Shown here one piece after another: positions 27,864-40,426 of a DNA stretch of 64,000 bases. The notes beneath the pieces were generated by a model that saw nothing but the letters and a program-made list of their open reading frames with translations, was not told the origin of the DNA and searched no databases. How positions within the stretch are numbered: the first letter of the stretch is position 1; each line of letters starts with the position of its first letter. Source of the stretch: Epiperipatus broadwayi. Its lineage: Eukaryota > Animalia > Onychophora. The stretch is from contig JAQFVV010000003.1 of assembly GCA_028023455.1 (NCBI GenBank), forward strand, positions 26,846,001 through 26,910,000, given 5' to 3'. The position numbers and the translations under genes are program-made.

Positions 27864-28499
27864 TTTGAAATACAGGCACTCTTTACATACTTGGAGCCTA
27901 ATTATAAATATAGGGGATTTGAAGTCAGACTTTCAAGCACCCTTCAACTATCCATACTATCACATATATGTAGAAAAGATAAATAATCTCCAATGTATTT
28001 CATGCTAAACCAGCACATCAGTTGGTTCAGATTATCATCTCCCATATATATATATAATCAGCACTCAGTTTATATTAAGATAGCAAATCTTCATACTTTA
28101 ATGGATAGGCTTCAACCTCCAACTCTTCAGCCATCCGTACCATTGAAAATCTGATGATGGAAAGCATAAATTCCATGCTGATGCCAATATTATTCCCATG
28201 CTCATGTTGACCTCAAGTCATTCTGATCCCTCATATATAGGACCTTATCCATTTAAATACATAGAAGAGGGATGGGCAGGATGCAGGCTTAATGTGTAAA
28301 TATTTGAAATACATGCACTCTTCACATACCTGGAGCCTAATTGTAAATATAAGGGATTTGAACTCAGACTTTCAAGCATCCTTCAACTATTTATACTATT
28401 TCATAACACTGACACATGTACATGGTCATGTGTATTGGTGGTATGAGATAGTATGAATAGTTAAAGAGTGCTTGAAAGTCTGAGTTCAAATCCCCTATA
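27864..28499. mobile_element. Family B: 439-nt monomer, ~1.25 tandem units plus inverted arm
   Basis: TATTTGAAATAC at 27862 and 28301; arms meet at 28418/28427. 19-bp direct repeat TATATATATATTTCCAATA at 27845-27863 and 28500-28518. Confidence 0.85.
27983..28035 (-). ncRNA. Deleted type I hammerhead relic (family B)
   Basis: Minus strand ATAATCT-GAA-CCAA-CTGATG-TGCTGGTTTAGCA-TGAAA-TAC-A-TTGG-AGATTAT: stem I intact, deletions in the core and stem III. Confidence 0.55.
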
Positions 28500-28946
28500 T
28501 ATATATATATTTCCAATAAAAGGAAAAACTGTGTGTGAGAGAGAAAGAGAGTGGATGCATATAATTTTTCAAATAAATTTTTTTAAAGGAAAGATGTTCA
28601 TCAATAATAAAATGGATTGTTAGAAGTGATTGAAGGAGAAAATGAAATTAGTCTGAGAAGATAATTGATACTACCATCTGATGCCTGTTATTTCTTAATA
28701 TTGATAGCTTTTGGTATAGGATGAATTACTACTTCTACTACTTCTTACCTAACTTTAAGTATTATTTCTTTGAGTCACATTGCATTTATACACACACATA
28801 TATGTGTATATAATGGTACATATGTCCACTTTTATAAGGTTAATATAGATTTATTTGTATTTTACAGATCATAAATTGTATCTTAACAAGAAAGACCAAA
28901 TAAACAATTCTATATTAAAATAATAAAAAGAAAACCTGTTTCAAAT

Positions 28947-29014
28947 TTAACCCTTTGTAACATACTGTAACTTGGTACACAGAATTGTGTTGGCACACTT
29001 GTTATAAAGTTTAA
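28947..29014. mobile_element. Possible piggyBac-type MITE relic
   Basis: TTAACCCTTTGTAACA ... TGTTATAAAGTTTAA: imperfect TIRs with TTAA ends. Confidence 0.25.
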
Positions 29015-31048
29015 AGAAACCCCAACCATATATAATATGCTATTAGAAGATCAGCAGGTTGAGCTGCAGAGATTACTATTTATTTTCATTGTATCAGTAG
29101 CTTATATAAGTCTTATTATTATTTCACATTGAAACAGAAGTGTCTGAGGACTATCGAATCATATAACAGTATTAATTCATTTTCTGTGTTTTTATAGAAG
29201 ACCAAATGTTTGAATTTCTAGCCTTGCAATTTTAATATTTTTTGAAGCTACACTTTATGAATCCTTTGTATATATAATCTCTTTTATATGCTGATGGTGT
29301 ATACAAAGATATAAACAAAAAGTCTAAACAGTTATTAAGAAAAAAAGGAACTGCACATCTCAATGATATTCTATCAATGCTTAATATTACTGATCTTCTC
29401 ATTAGATAATTTCTCTAAGATCTTCAAAAAGACTTTTGTAATCAGTCTGAAATGTATCTTTTATTTTGCAACTTCCTCAGATACTGTACTTAGATTTCCA
29501 AATACAACTATTATACATTAAATTTTATTCAAAAAAACAGGGCAAAATAACTCTGGAATAAGTTATTCTTATTTAGTAAAAATATTTGATCATCATCAGT
29601 TGTTTGTCATTACTCACATTCATCTTAACATAATTTATCATAGCAACTCACCATTTAAAGCTACAATATGCATTTTTAAATCATTAAGAAGCATTGTTTT
29701 ATTATGATTTGTACTAATAATAAAACAAATCACTAGATTTTTCTGCTTAAACAATTTGATAAGACAAAGCAACTCTCCACTCCAATAACATCTAGCATAA
29801 ACTTGAGTAATCAGTGATTACCAAATGCCTACAAAATCCATATCATTAGTTTTTATCCTCATCCCAAACTGTTTTCTGGTTTTTGCCTTTTTCAATGAGA
29901 CCTAGGAATCAAAGTTGAAAGAAATTCAGGAAAGCAGAAAACCTTTGGTTGCATTCCTTCTAATTTTGAATCCCAAGCCTAATTCATAAAGACAAAAGCT
30001 AGAAGCTAATCAGAGGGTGAAAATTTTAAATATTATAAATTAGGGATTTCATATTCATCTGATAATCCCTGGTTATTCAAGATTATATTAGATAGTCCTA
30101 AAATAGAGAACTAATTTTGTCCTGTGATTCATACTAATGATATAAAGATGTGCAAATTTTAGTGTGCTTCTAAGGAAATGTAAACTTTCCTGAGCTAACA
30201 TTTCATTTACAAAATTAAATCATATTTCAAGTGAAACTGTCATCAGGTCAAAGGTTTGAACACCTAATAAACTTATTAGAAGTTTGTTATTTGATTTTAA
30301 AATGTGAAATACTTTTATTAAAAGCAATTGTTTTTAATTGATATCAGTACTTTTAGGACAATAAACATATTGTCATGTGGTCAGTAATAATTTTTCATAT
30401 ACAATCTCACAAGCATATGAAAATATGATAATTTCTAGAATAAATATATATAATGAGTAATTAGAAAGCATTTGAACTCAGACTTTCAAACTAACAATTA
30501 GTATAACCAGTCAGAAAATGGGGAGTTTAAACTACTCCTAAACAAATATAAACGTATAAGATCATAAGCCGATATACAGGTTTTAAAAAAAGCAAATTAT
30601 TCTTGTCTGACTATATATATTCAAATGAAAATATACTTTCATCAGGGGTACTAAAGGTTCAATATCTGATGTTAGAATTATCAGTTTTAACATTACATGG
30701 GTATTATATGATTTTAAATGACAAAATAATTCACACACATGATGTTTTTACTTTACTGTTATCACATCAAATATTCATCTGGAACAAATTTGCTTAGAAG
30801 TGATAATAAAATTCACATTCATTTGTTTCATTAATTTATAGAGACCTTATCACTTATAAAAATATAATGAACACACAAAAGTTTATGATGTAGCTCTAAT
30901 ATTAAGATGTTAGAATAAATTGTGTTGATAAACAGATAAAAAATTATCACCAACAGTGATAAAATATTATTGCTTGGTTTAATCTGCCTTTGAATAGAAA
31001 ATTTAGCCTACATACATTTTGTTGCAAATGAGTTGGAAAATACTTGAC

Positions 31049-31108
31049 CTCATTATGATTCTTTTTTCTCGATCATTATAACATATTATCTTCTCAGTGA
31101 AAGAAAGC
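31049..31108 (-). CDS. Candidate exon LSFTEKIICYNDREKRIIM
   Basis: 60 nt, phase 2-2, very strong T10-ACAG acceptor, weaker GAG|GTCAAG donor; joins the 27303 exon in frame. Confidence 0.35.
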
Positions 31109-34100
31109 CTGTAAAAAAAAAATACATATTACTGGCTTCAGGAATTAGTTTAACAGGCTGCATAAATATTGACATTTCTCTGTACATTAATTGCATATAT
31201 TGAGACAAAATAAGTATAATCCTATGATACCTGTTTCAAATTTTTAATCTATCAAATATAAAAGCATTTAAAAGATTTCTGAAGTGAAATTAAAATATGG
31301 GTAGAAAGACTTTGTTATCCTTAACTATGTGAATCTCAAAGAAAAAGCAGAACCCCCCCCCCCCAAGATATTTTGAAACTGTTCTGTTATCCTTTGAAAG
31401 TGTTTTGATAAAGAACTTATAAGTTTTAGCCTTTGCATTATAAGCATATATTATGCCTTTTAATTTTTAAATAGATTATATATATAAAAAAATATTTTTA
31501 CAATTTGCAAATATTTAAAATTCATAAAAAATATCTCATGTTCATTATCACTGTAGTTTATTATAAAATTCAGATAACAGTATTTAAATGAGTTGTTGCA
31601 AAAGATATTCTATATTACATACACATATACAAAACAGTAGTATTGTTTGATTTCTTTTTCAATATGATTGCTCTTCACTTTATATTTGTGTCCATTTGAT
31701 TCCAAGCCTTCCTGAAGATAATTGAAAGTATAAAAAATATTGTACCATTAACACTGTATGCTTATAATGTATATATATAATTCAATTTAATTTAAAAGAT
31801 ACACACATTTAGGATGAAAATAATTAACACAAAGATAGAAAAATGCATGTGCTTATTAAATCCTTATCTCAACAAATACATTTATCTTTCTTTTTTTTAT
31901 GAAGATAGTGATGTAATGCAAAGTCACATTACTTAGGTGATGAGATAAAGTGAGATAAGTAACATAAATATTGTAGTATAAAAATAATATTTTCATCGTG
32001 ATTGGAATCACATGATAGACTAAGCTTGCAAGAATGAAGAAATGGTCATTCAAGAGATTATTACAGATTATTTATGATACTATTCCTACAAATGTAGATA
32101 TATCCAAAGTTTATGAATTGCTAATTTTTTAAACCATGTATTCATAGATAAGGAAAATAACTATATGTGAAACTGAAATATAACTCCAGCTTTGATAGAA
32201 ATAGAACCTCGTACTTTTTAATGGTCAACAATGTGTAATGTGAAGCTTTTAAAAACTATAGTAACTTTCAACCATAATATTTGTAAATTCATTATAAGAA
32301 TCATATATTTATTTAAAAAACTATACATATCTTATTATCATAAAAAGTTATGTAATTGATAGCAGAGGATGTCTTTTATTTTATTTTTTAATAGATTTGA
32401 CTGAATTAATTTTCTGGTTTTTTTTTAAAATCAAATTAATGAATTAAAACTGATTGAAGTATAGAGAATGAGAAGAGAAAAAGTAAAAATAAATAGAAGT
32501 TGGTTGTCCTATAGAAAATGAATTATCAATTGATCTAAGGATATTGTAGATAAAGTAAAAGAGTAAATTAATATTCTTAATGCCTAAAATTTAATTAAAA
32601 TCCCTGTAATTAGCATAAAACTAAAATCCTAAAGTATATAGATGCTGCCTATATTAGGTGTATATAATTGTCCAAGCTAGATAGATTTCAAAATCTCAGG
32701 ATTTCAAGTTATTAGCTTAAATAATATAATAAAAGAAATAAAGATAGTAATGGATAAGTGTGTGTGTAAAATTCAATACTTGATGAAAGACAATAACTAA
32801 AATCTAATTTGAAAATTTGGAAAAGATTATTATCTAGAATTTGTTGATTACTCAAACTTTCAATAAGTGGTTTTAATGAAGAATGAATTACTGTTCCAAA
32901 TGCATTTAGATATAAGATTTTAAAGACCAGTGTTAAATGAGAGGTGTTCTGATATGATGTATGGTACCTTCTATTTAAAATATGTTTGATGTTGCACTTT
33001 TATAGCAGATAATATTATACTTATTGTTATTGGAAGAGTGATGCATAATCACAAAAATTTAAGGAATCATTTTTTATTTTGTGTCAGTAGTAGTTGATGA
33101 TAAAATTTAATATAATCCTACTCAAAACTTTTTGTATAATTATTTCAGTTATTATTATTAAAACACAAACAAGGAGTCAATGTAATAATATTTTTGATTA
33201 TACTTTTTAACTGATATTTCTTTTTAAACTTATGTTTTACTGTTTTGTATAATATATTCAAATAGTGTCTGTTTTTAGCATATAATATAAGGATTTATGT
33301 TATTTATGTTTGAACATACATTATTTTAGAAGTTAGTTTTTAAAACAGTTTTGCAATTTTAAATAAAATTTTTGTTATTAAATATTCTCATTCAAGATAT
33401 AAAAAGTTTGTACTTAATTGAAGCAAAAAAAAAAACAATAGTGATTAAGGTAAGAAAGGTTTAATGCTTTCAAAACATTTTCAATTATTGGCATATTAAT
33501 TGCAAATAATCGTATACAACTTTCAGAATGCTCATATTATGGAAATCTCATGAAGTCTTTTCCCACTATTTTCTATAAGTTCTTTCAAGATTATTTGAAT
33601 TATAATTAAAAATTAATATTAAGATAACATGACTTCTCACTTTACATTTAATAAGACAATAGATAAAAATACTTCTCCATTCTATTGGTTTAACAGTTAA
33701 GTTTTAAGCAATTCAATGGATTCACATGAATGATTTCTGGGTTATTGGCATACTTTGAAAGAGGACACTAATTTTCGTTCAGTGGCCAGCTTTTTATATA
33801 TCTACTGAAATTACAGACCATTTTCTTAAACAGTCAAATAAAATGACATGATTAAATGTGTACAATGAAAATTAGTGATCTCTAATAGATGAAACCAATT
33901 AACTAAAAAGATGTTTTTCTTTGATATTATTTTCTATTGACTTCAACTATTTCTTATATTTTAGCTTCTAAAATAGTACAGGAATTGTCACTGGTAGTGA
34001 ATTATAGTTAAAAAATGTGAATTTATTGTATTGGTAAATTTGTTAATTGCATCTTGGAGTTGTAAAGCTTTGTTATTTGTAATATATATCTCAGATTTTA

Positions 34101-34989
34101 TTAACTTTACAAGCATACACATATATTAATTTTTAGTTAAAATGATCTGTCACTAATACTTAATTATCTTTGATGGCAATTTGTCTAACACAGTTTGTTT
34201 TAGTTACTCTTTAAGGAAGTGTGACAAAAATGAAATCTGTAGAATAAATTGTTAAAGTGATGCATAATAGCAGTATAAAAATAACTACAAGGATGACAAG
34301 AATATTTTTAATTTACTTATAGCATGCCTGGGTTACTGTATTTTTTTCAACAGAAACATGCATATAGTTTTATTACCATCTTTCTACTCTTTTTTATTAA
34401 AGATTTTTTTTTTTTTTTAATGTCCTCCGACTACTTTCATACTTTTATTTAATAATAGACTTGTGTTTTATTTTTAATATGATACATCCGTCAATCAAAG
34501 GATTAGAAATTTAAACTTATCATCACATATTTAGATCATTCAGACTAAACATATCTCTAAAATGACTCAGATGAAAATCTTTGATGATTCTTTTCCTGTT
34601 GAAATCATAACAAAGAAATTATGTGCAATTGATGTTCTAAAATAAATGCTGATTCTGAACAAACACATTTTATTGGTATTAAGGTACTAGAGAAAATTTT
34701 AAAAAATCCCACACTTGCTTGTATATATTATTTATTTGTAAGCAAGATGTAGTAATTAATGTACTTTCCTGTCATATTCATAATAGGCATTTTAATTCAG
34801 ATGAAAGTTGGAAATATTTTTAGATGCTGAGGATTTCCAAGAAAACTTTTTTTTTCCTGTTAGACAATTTATAGACAATATAACTATCCATTTAATTTTT
34901 GATCAGAAAGTGGGTATTCAATATATTTTTAATTACAAAATATAACTGTGAATTGGCGAGGAAAGTTATAAAATAATATATATATATAA

Positions 34990-35600
34990 CTGAAATGGTA
35001 AGGAAACTTTTAGAAAGGAATAAAAAACTCATTGGAAGGAATTATTACTGAGAAGACAGATGATATCATAAAATGTGTGGAATTATTTTATAAAACAATT
35101 ATATAATTCTGAAGAATAAGAAAACAAAGTAGTCTTTAGTAATATATTTTCTGAATTGCCAAGCATTATAAATGAAAAGATGAGACATTCAATTAAATCT
35201 ATGATGGAAGAAAAATTGCCCAAAAAATGATGAAATCCTTATTGATATTTTAAATTGTTATCAAAACTACATATCAAATATTCAAATGATTGGGATATGT
35301 CAAATGTTTGGTAGACTGCAATAATGATATAGGTATTTAAGATAGGTGATAAAGAAGATATTAGAAATTATAAATTTATCAGTCTTCTATTAGTTTCATA
35401 CAAAATTGTTATCAAGATAATTAGAATTCATCTACTAAATCTTATTAAACAAAAAAAAAACTATTAAAGTCACCATTTATTGCTATACTATTAGTCTGAT
35501 ATTGAATGTTTTATCCAACATTGTCTTTCTTGGAAAGGTAATTTGATTTACTCTCAAGTAGGCAATTTATAGTATTTATACGGCTATTTGAAATGAATTG
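34990..35600 (+). mobile_element. Decayed RTE-type LINE, N-terminal part of RT
   Basis: VFKIGDKEDIRNYKFISLLLVSYKIVIKII at ~35333-35425 matches the KKGD...NYRPISLL motif. Confidence 0.75.
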
Positions 35601-38600
35601 GGATATCTCTTTTTAAATAATACTGGTATCATTTTATAAATAAAGTAAAATAAAATAAGTATAAATATATATCTTGTACTTTTAGTAGAAAGATATTTTA
35701 GATTATTTATTCTATCCCAGATCTGCTGCTATCTGTTGTAAGCTTGAATAATTATTAAATCCTAAATGAAAAGTATAATAGATTCAATTTCAGAACCTTT
35801 CACTAATAAATGCCACAAACTAGAAACTAGTTTAAGAATACAGGTAGAATAGAACTAGATAAGGACTTAATAAGCACAACATTTATCACCTACTGATTTC
35901 TTGAGCTTGTAATAGGTGTTAAAACTGAAATAGAATTAATAGTGTGTTGGAGTTATTGATGCTTTTATGGTGTTCTAAGTTATTTGAAGCACAGTTTACC
36001 ACCCAAAAATATTACAGATATCTGTTCAAAGTTTCAGTTTGAATCCTATAATGATTTTCTGTATTCTTCTAACATCAGTCTTGAATAATTTCTCTCAAGG
36101 AACTATAAGACAAATGATATTGAAATGCAGAACTAGTAGGAACATTTCATGTAGTTATTCATTCAATAAATCATCTTTCAATTTTATAAGCTGCTTCATA
36201 AGCAATTAATAAAATCATTGGACATTTGTTAACAGAACAGCTAATGTCAAGTTAGTTGAAAATGGAATATATGTGAAGAGAATAATGAAAGTAATAGAAT
36301 TTAATGAAATAGGATAGAAGCAATAAAAGAAATGAATCAGGACTGAAAGAATGAAGTAGAAATAAAATGTAAAAGTTAAATGATTTTATTAGGAGTATGT
36401 AATATTTGCGGAGTAAAAGAATATTTAACTTGGCTAACAGGGTGCTTTTGCCATATGGATTATACATGTAAACTTCTGATTTTACCTAAGGAGAAACTAT
36501 TTTATATCTTATAATCATCAATTGATGACATTTGTAGTTTTCATTAAGTAGTCATATATTACTCAAATAAACTATATTAATTACAGTGGATATGCCCTTC
36601 TTGGCTTGATACAATGGTTGAATGGCAAACTCTGGAATTCAAGGTCCATAGATTACATCTTCAATTCTGTCATTTCAATTGTTTGGTCTTTTTATGAATT
36701 TCTGAGCAATAAATCATTTAATTATTTATTTATTACATGCATAAAAGAATTTTTGTTAAACAATTATTTCATGAGCAAGAAACATTATTCTACTTATTAC
36801 AATTATTCATTTGCTAATTCTCTGCAGGATTACACAACTGGTGAATATCTCCAACTGACATATTTTATATAAGATTTTCTTTAGAAGTTGTTTAAGATAT
36901 TTACATAAAAGTTGAATCAATTTTTACTTTCACCACATTATAATTTTCTGTTGTTAAATACTGCAGAGCAACATGCAAGGACATGGTTCCAAATATAATC
37001 ATAATTATCATAATTGTAGATCACTATATTTTATTCCAGATAGTGACATCATGTTTAGTTAATCTAACTAGTCATCATGTCCACATGCATGGTCTGCACC
37101 AAAAATTGTTCTAATAAATGCAATGTTTACAGAAGATTAATGGAAGGCAGATGAAGATTTTAGCATTGGGTTAGTTAATGTTATAATACATATTTTGACT
37201 CTTATGAATACAGTAAATAATGTTGGAGAGAACAAATTCAATCCTTTTTTTTACTTAAGAGAAAAGAAACTGTAAAAATTAACAATAAGTTTGTGAATGG
37301 AGCCCAAATATAAATCTAATTAGTAAGTTTAATCTAAGAATTGTTTTGCTATTGCATCCAGGAACTATAGTAAATCAATCCTCTTTCTGATGCAGCATTG
37401 ACCGTCTGAGTTTTCATTATTGGTATAGTAATCCTGAAGGATAGAATATTAAATTTTGTTAATATTAATTGGTTTCTTGGTTTACCTTTATTAGATTAAT
37501 TAGAATCCCAAGAAATATTGAAAACATGGCTGTGAAGTTTTTTGGTAGCATTTTTCCTGTAGATATCTGCCTAAAGATACTAGTTTGATTTAAATCAGAT
37601 AGTTTTTTTCTGAAAGTTCTCCAAGATATTTAAGACCAAAGGGATATTGCTGATGACTCTAAATATTATTAGATCATTTATAAAGGATATAACATGAGGT
37701 TTACAGAGTATACTATTAGGCCAATAAATTGTCAGTGTATTCTGCATATAGAAGACATACTAGTGGTGATCTTTGAGGAATTTCTGTTTTGAGCTTAAGT
37801 GGCTATAGTTATTTTTTTAATTTAACAGATAATGTTGCTAATATGTTTTTGATAAGTATTAGTAGATATTGATGCTGTAGTAAAAATTGTTTAAGAGTTG
37901 GACTAAATAATCCCAATTATATTCTTAACCACTAAATACCTAACCCTGTTTTAACTCAATAATGTTAGTTCCATAACTCATCTAATATTGTAATTTTTCA
38001 TTATTCATATTTGTAATGTATGACCCATATTTATACCTATTTCATAAAGAGTGTAACACAGGTATTAATTAGTTTAATAAATGTTTTAATTATATTCTTG
38101 CATTAATAAAATCATCTCAGATAATCACTTATCTCTAGAAGCATAGGGTGAAAATAACAATTTGTTTATTAATATCTTATTTAATTAATATTATTTTTAA
38201 AAATGTTTTTTGATAAATATCAGAAAGTATTAATATCTTATCAATTGATATGTTTACATCTGTTGCATTTTATTTGAACAAACTGGTTAAAGATGTATGC
38301 AGAATATATGCTTTTGACTGTATTCACATTTAATGTCAAATATAATTAGCCAGGGTTAGTATTGTATCTTTTGAGGCAATGATTTAAAAATTTAACCACA
38401 TTATAATATTTAACCTAAATCAAGTAGTCTATATTTTATTATAGATTCGATAACAGATTAGCAAAAGATTGTTGGTTTAGATTTGAAATTTAGAATGTTT
38501 GAATCTTAAACCATTGATTTTGAGTACAAGAAAATAATAAAAATTAATCGAAAATAAAAGTGGATAAGTTATCTAGAAATAATTTATAACAATTTGACTA

Positions 38601-39606
38601 CACCCAGTGCCTACATATTAATTAATTTATGGAATTAAGGTGAGAAGAATTATTGATTGATTACATATGAACTAAAATAAAAATACTAATATATTATATT
38701 TTCTCTACTTTGTCATTTTAAATGTTAAGTTAGGAAAGTCATGTGATGTTTATATATATATTTTAACATTACTAATAGAATTTAGTTTTTTAATGAAACA
38801 AAGTTAATGTTGAGAGTCTTTTTTAAAAAATTTCATTTTCTTTATAGATATAGAGTATATATCCTTTTAATAACCTCTTACAGAATGAAGGTCTCCAAAC
38901 TAACAGTAAAGGAAGTGCTACACATCATTATTTAAAGTTTTCCTTTTTGTTTTACCACTGTAATTAAGAATAGATAGATACTAATTTATTTATATAAAAA
39001 TGGGATGGCATTTTGAATGACTGATTGGAAGAAAATCCTAAACATGCTCGGATCCTGAGAAATGTGTTCATTTCCAAGTATGTTTAGAAATTTCATCTAT
39101 CTTCAATTGATGACAGCTGGATTTGCTAACTACTATGCTACCATATCCTTATGAAGATAATATAAATCTTGATACACAAATATTGTTAATCAATAAATGG
39201 CTATCTAGTTATTTTTTGTGGACAAAAACCATAAAAATTCTCTCCATTTGGCAATTAATAAGCCTGATAAATAATATATTATTTGTTTTTCCTTTGAAGA
39301 AGAATGTCAGTCTGCAATGGATATTTTAAGCTGTTTATTTTACATTGATGTATTATCTCAGTGATAAGAATGTAACTGTGCCTATATATATATATGATAT
39401 TTTTTGTATTTATATAAATATATTTGCGTTGTAATTCATATGTATATAAATTACATAGTAATAAATTATATGTGCATATATAAAATTCTTTGTGAGGTGT
39501 GTGTGCATGAACATATATTACAGTAATGTAACTCAAAATTAATGTGTTTAATAAATGATACACACACGCGTTTTAATGAATAAATAAAAGATTGTATTTA
39601 TATAAA

Positions 39607-39941
39607 CACCATCATCAGATTTTCAATTGGATGGACGGTTGAAGAGTTGGAATGTGAAGTGGATTGAAGTCTGTCTATTAAAGTATGAAGATTGGCTATC
39701 TTAATATATATCTGAACACTTATAGCATAAAGATGGTAATCTGAACCAACTGATGATTGCTGGTTTAACATGAAATACGTATAATGGTGATTATTTATCT
39801 TTTCGACATATATGTGTTGAAGTGTATCAGTATTATAAGATAGGGTGGAGAGTGGTGGGTCGTGTGAAAGTCTGTGCTCATATACCCTACATATTACTTA
39901 TATAGACACAGGTATATAATAAGCCTTTGTTTCAGTTACAA
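39607..39941 (+). mobile_element. Family B single-arm copy
   Basis: Reverse complement of ~27870-28170. 12-bp direct repeat TATTTATATAAA at 39595-39606 and 39942-39953. Confidence 0.8.
39737..39793 (+). ncRNA. Minimal type I hammerhead motif (family B)
   Basis: TAATC-TGAA-CCAA-CTGATGA-TTGCTGGTTTAACA-TGAAA-TACGTA-TA-ATGG-T-GATTA; palindromic ATACGTAT stem III; mismatches in stems I and II. Confidence 0.6.
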
Positions 39942-40369
39942 TATTTATATAAATAAATATTGGTTACTGTTGATGAAGTATTGCAATGTTGTATTAAACT
40001 CGTATTCTAGAGTGTGTCAAATCTACTTCAATAATAACTTCAATCCCATCTGATGATTTTTAAGAGTAGAATAAGTCTTTGGAATGGTTAAGTGAGTGAA
40101 TTCAAATTTACAAAAAGTAAAAATTTTTACTTTATCATTTTTTAATTAATTATTGGAAAAGATTAATTTAATAATTAAACTTTTAGATTTTGAATATCTT
40201 ACCTATTTAAAAAATGAATCATTTAAAGCCTATAGGTATTTTTAAGGCTAACTTGAGACTTAAAACATTTAATTGCTTTAATTATAATTTAGAGTTAATT
40301 CGGTTAAATATTTACTTAATTATTTACTACTGACAATATTATTCATATATCCACGTTTCAGAGTATTAC

Positions 40370-40426
40370 ATGTTTATCGGTGTATCTTCTTGTGTGCTCT
40401 GCTTTAAAGAAAAGATTGAAGACCAT
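40370..40426 (-). CDS. Candidate first coding exon MVFNLFFKAEHTRRYTDKH
   Basis: AAACAATGG start context, 57 nt open, CAT|GTAATA donor, inside a CpG-retaining patch (40.3-41.0 kb). Confidence 0.25.

Noticed and set aside
28161-28190. CTGATGATGGAA...TTCCA as a plus-strand hammerhead in family B
   Set aside because: No GAAA or cleavage triplet after stem II; the better motif is on the opposite strand.
28478-28495. GAGTTCAAATCCC as a Pol III B box making family B a SINE
   Set aside because: No A box at suitable spacing; the motif is internal to a tandem HHR monomer.
35950-36700. Decayed minus-strand RT fragment
   Set aside because: Only vague motif resemblance; too eroded to support.
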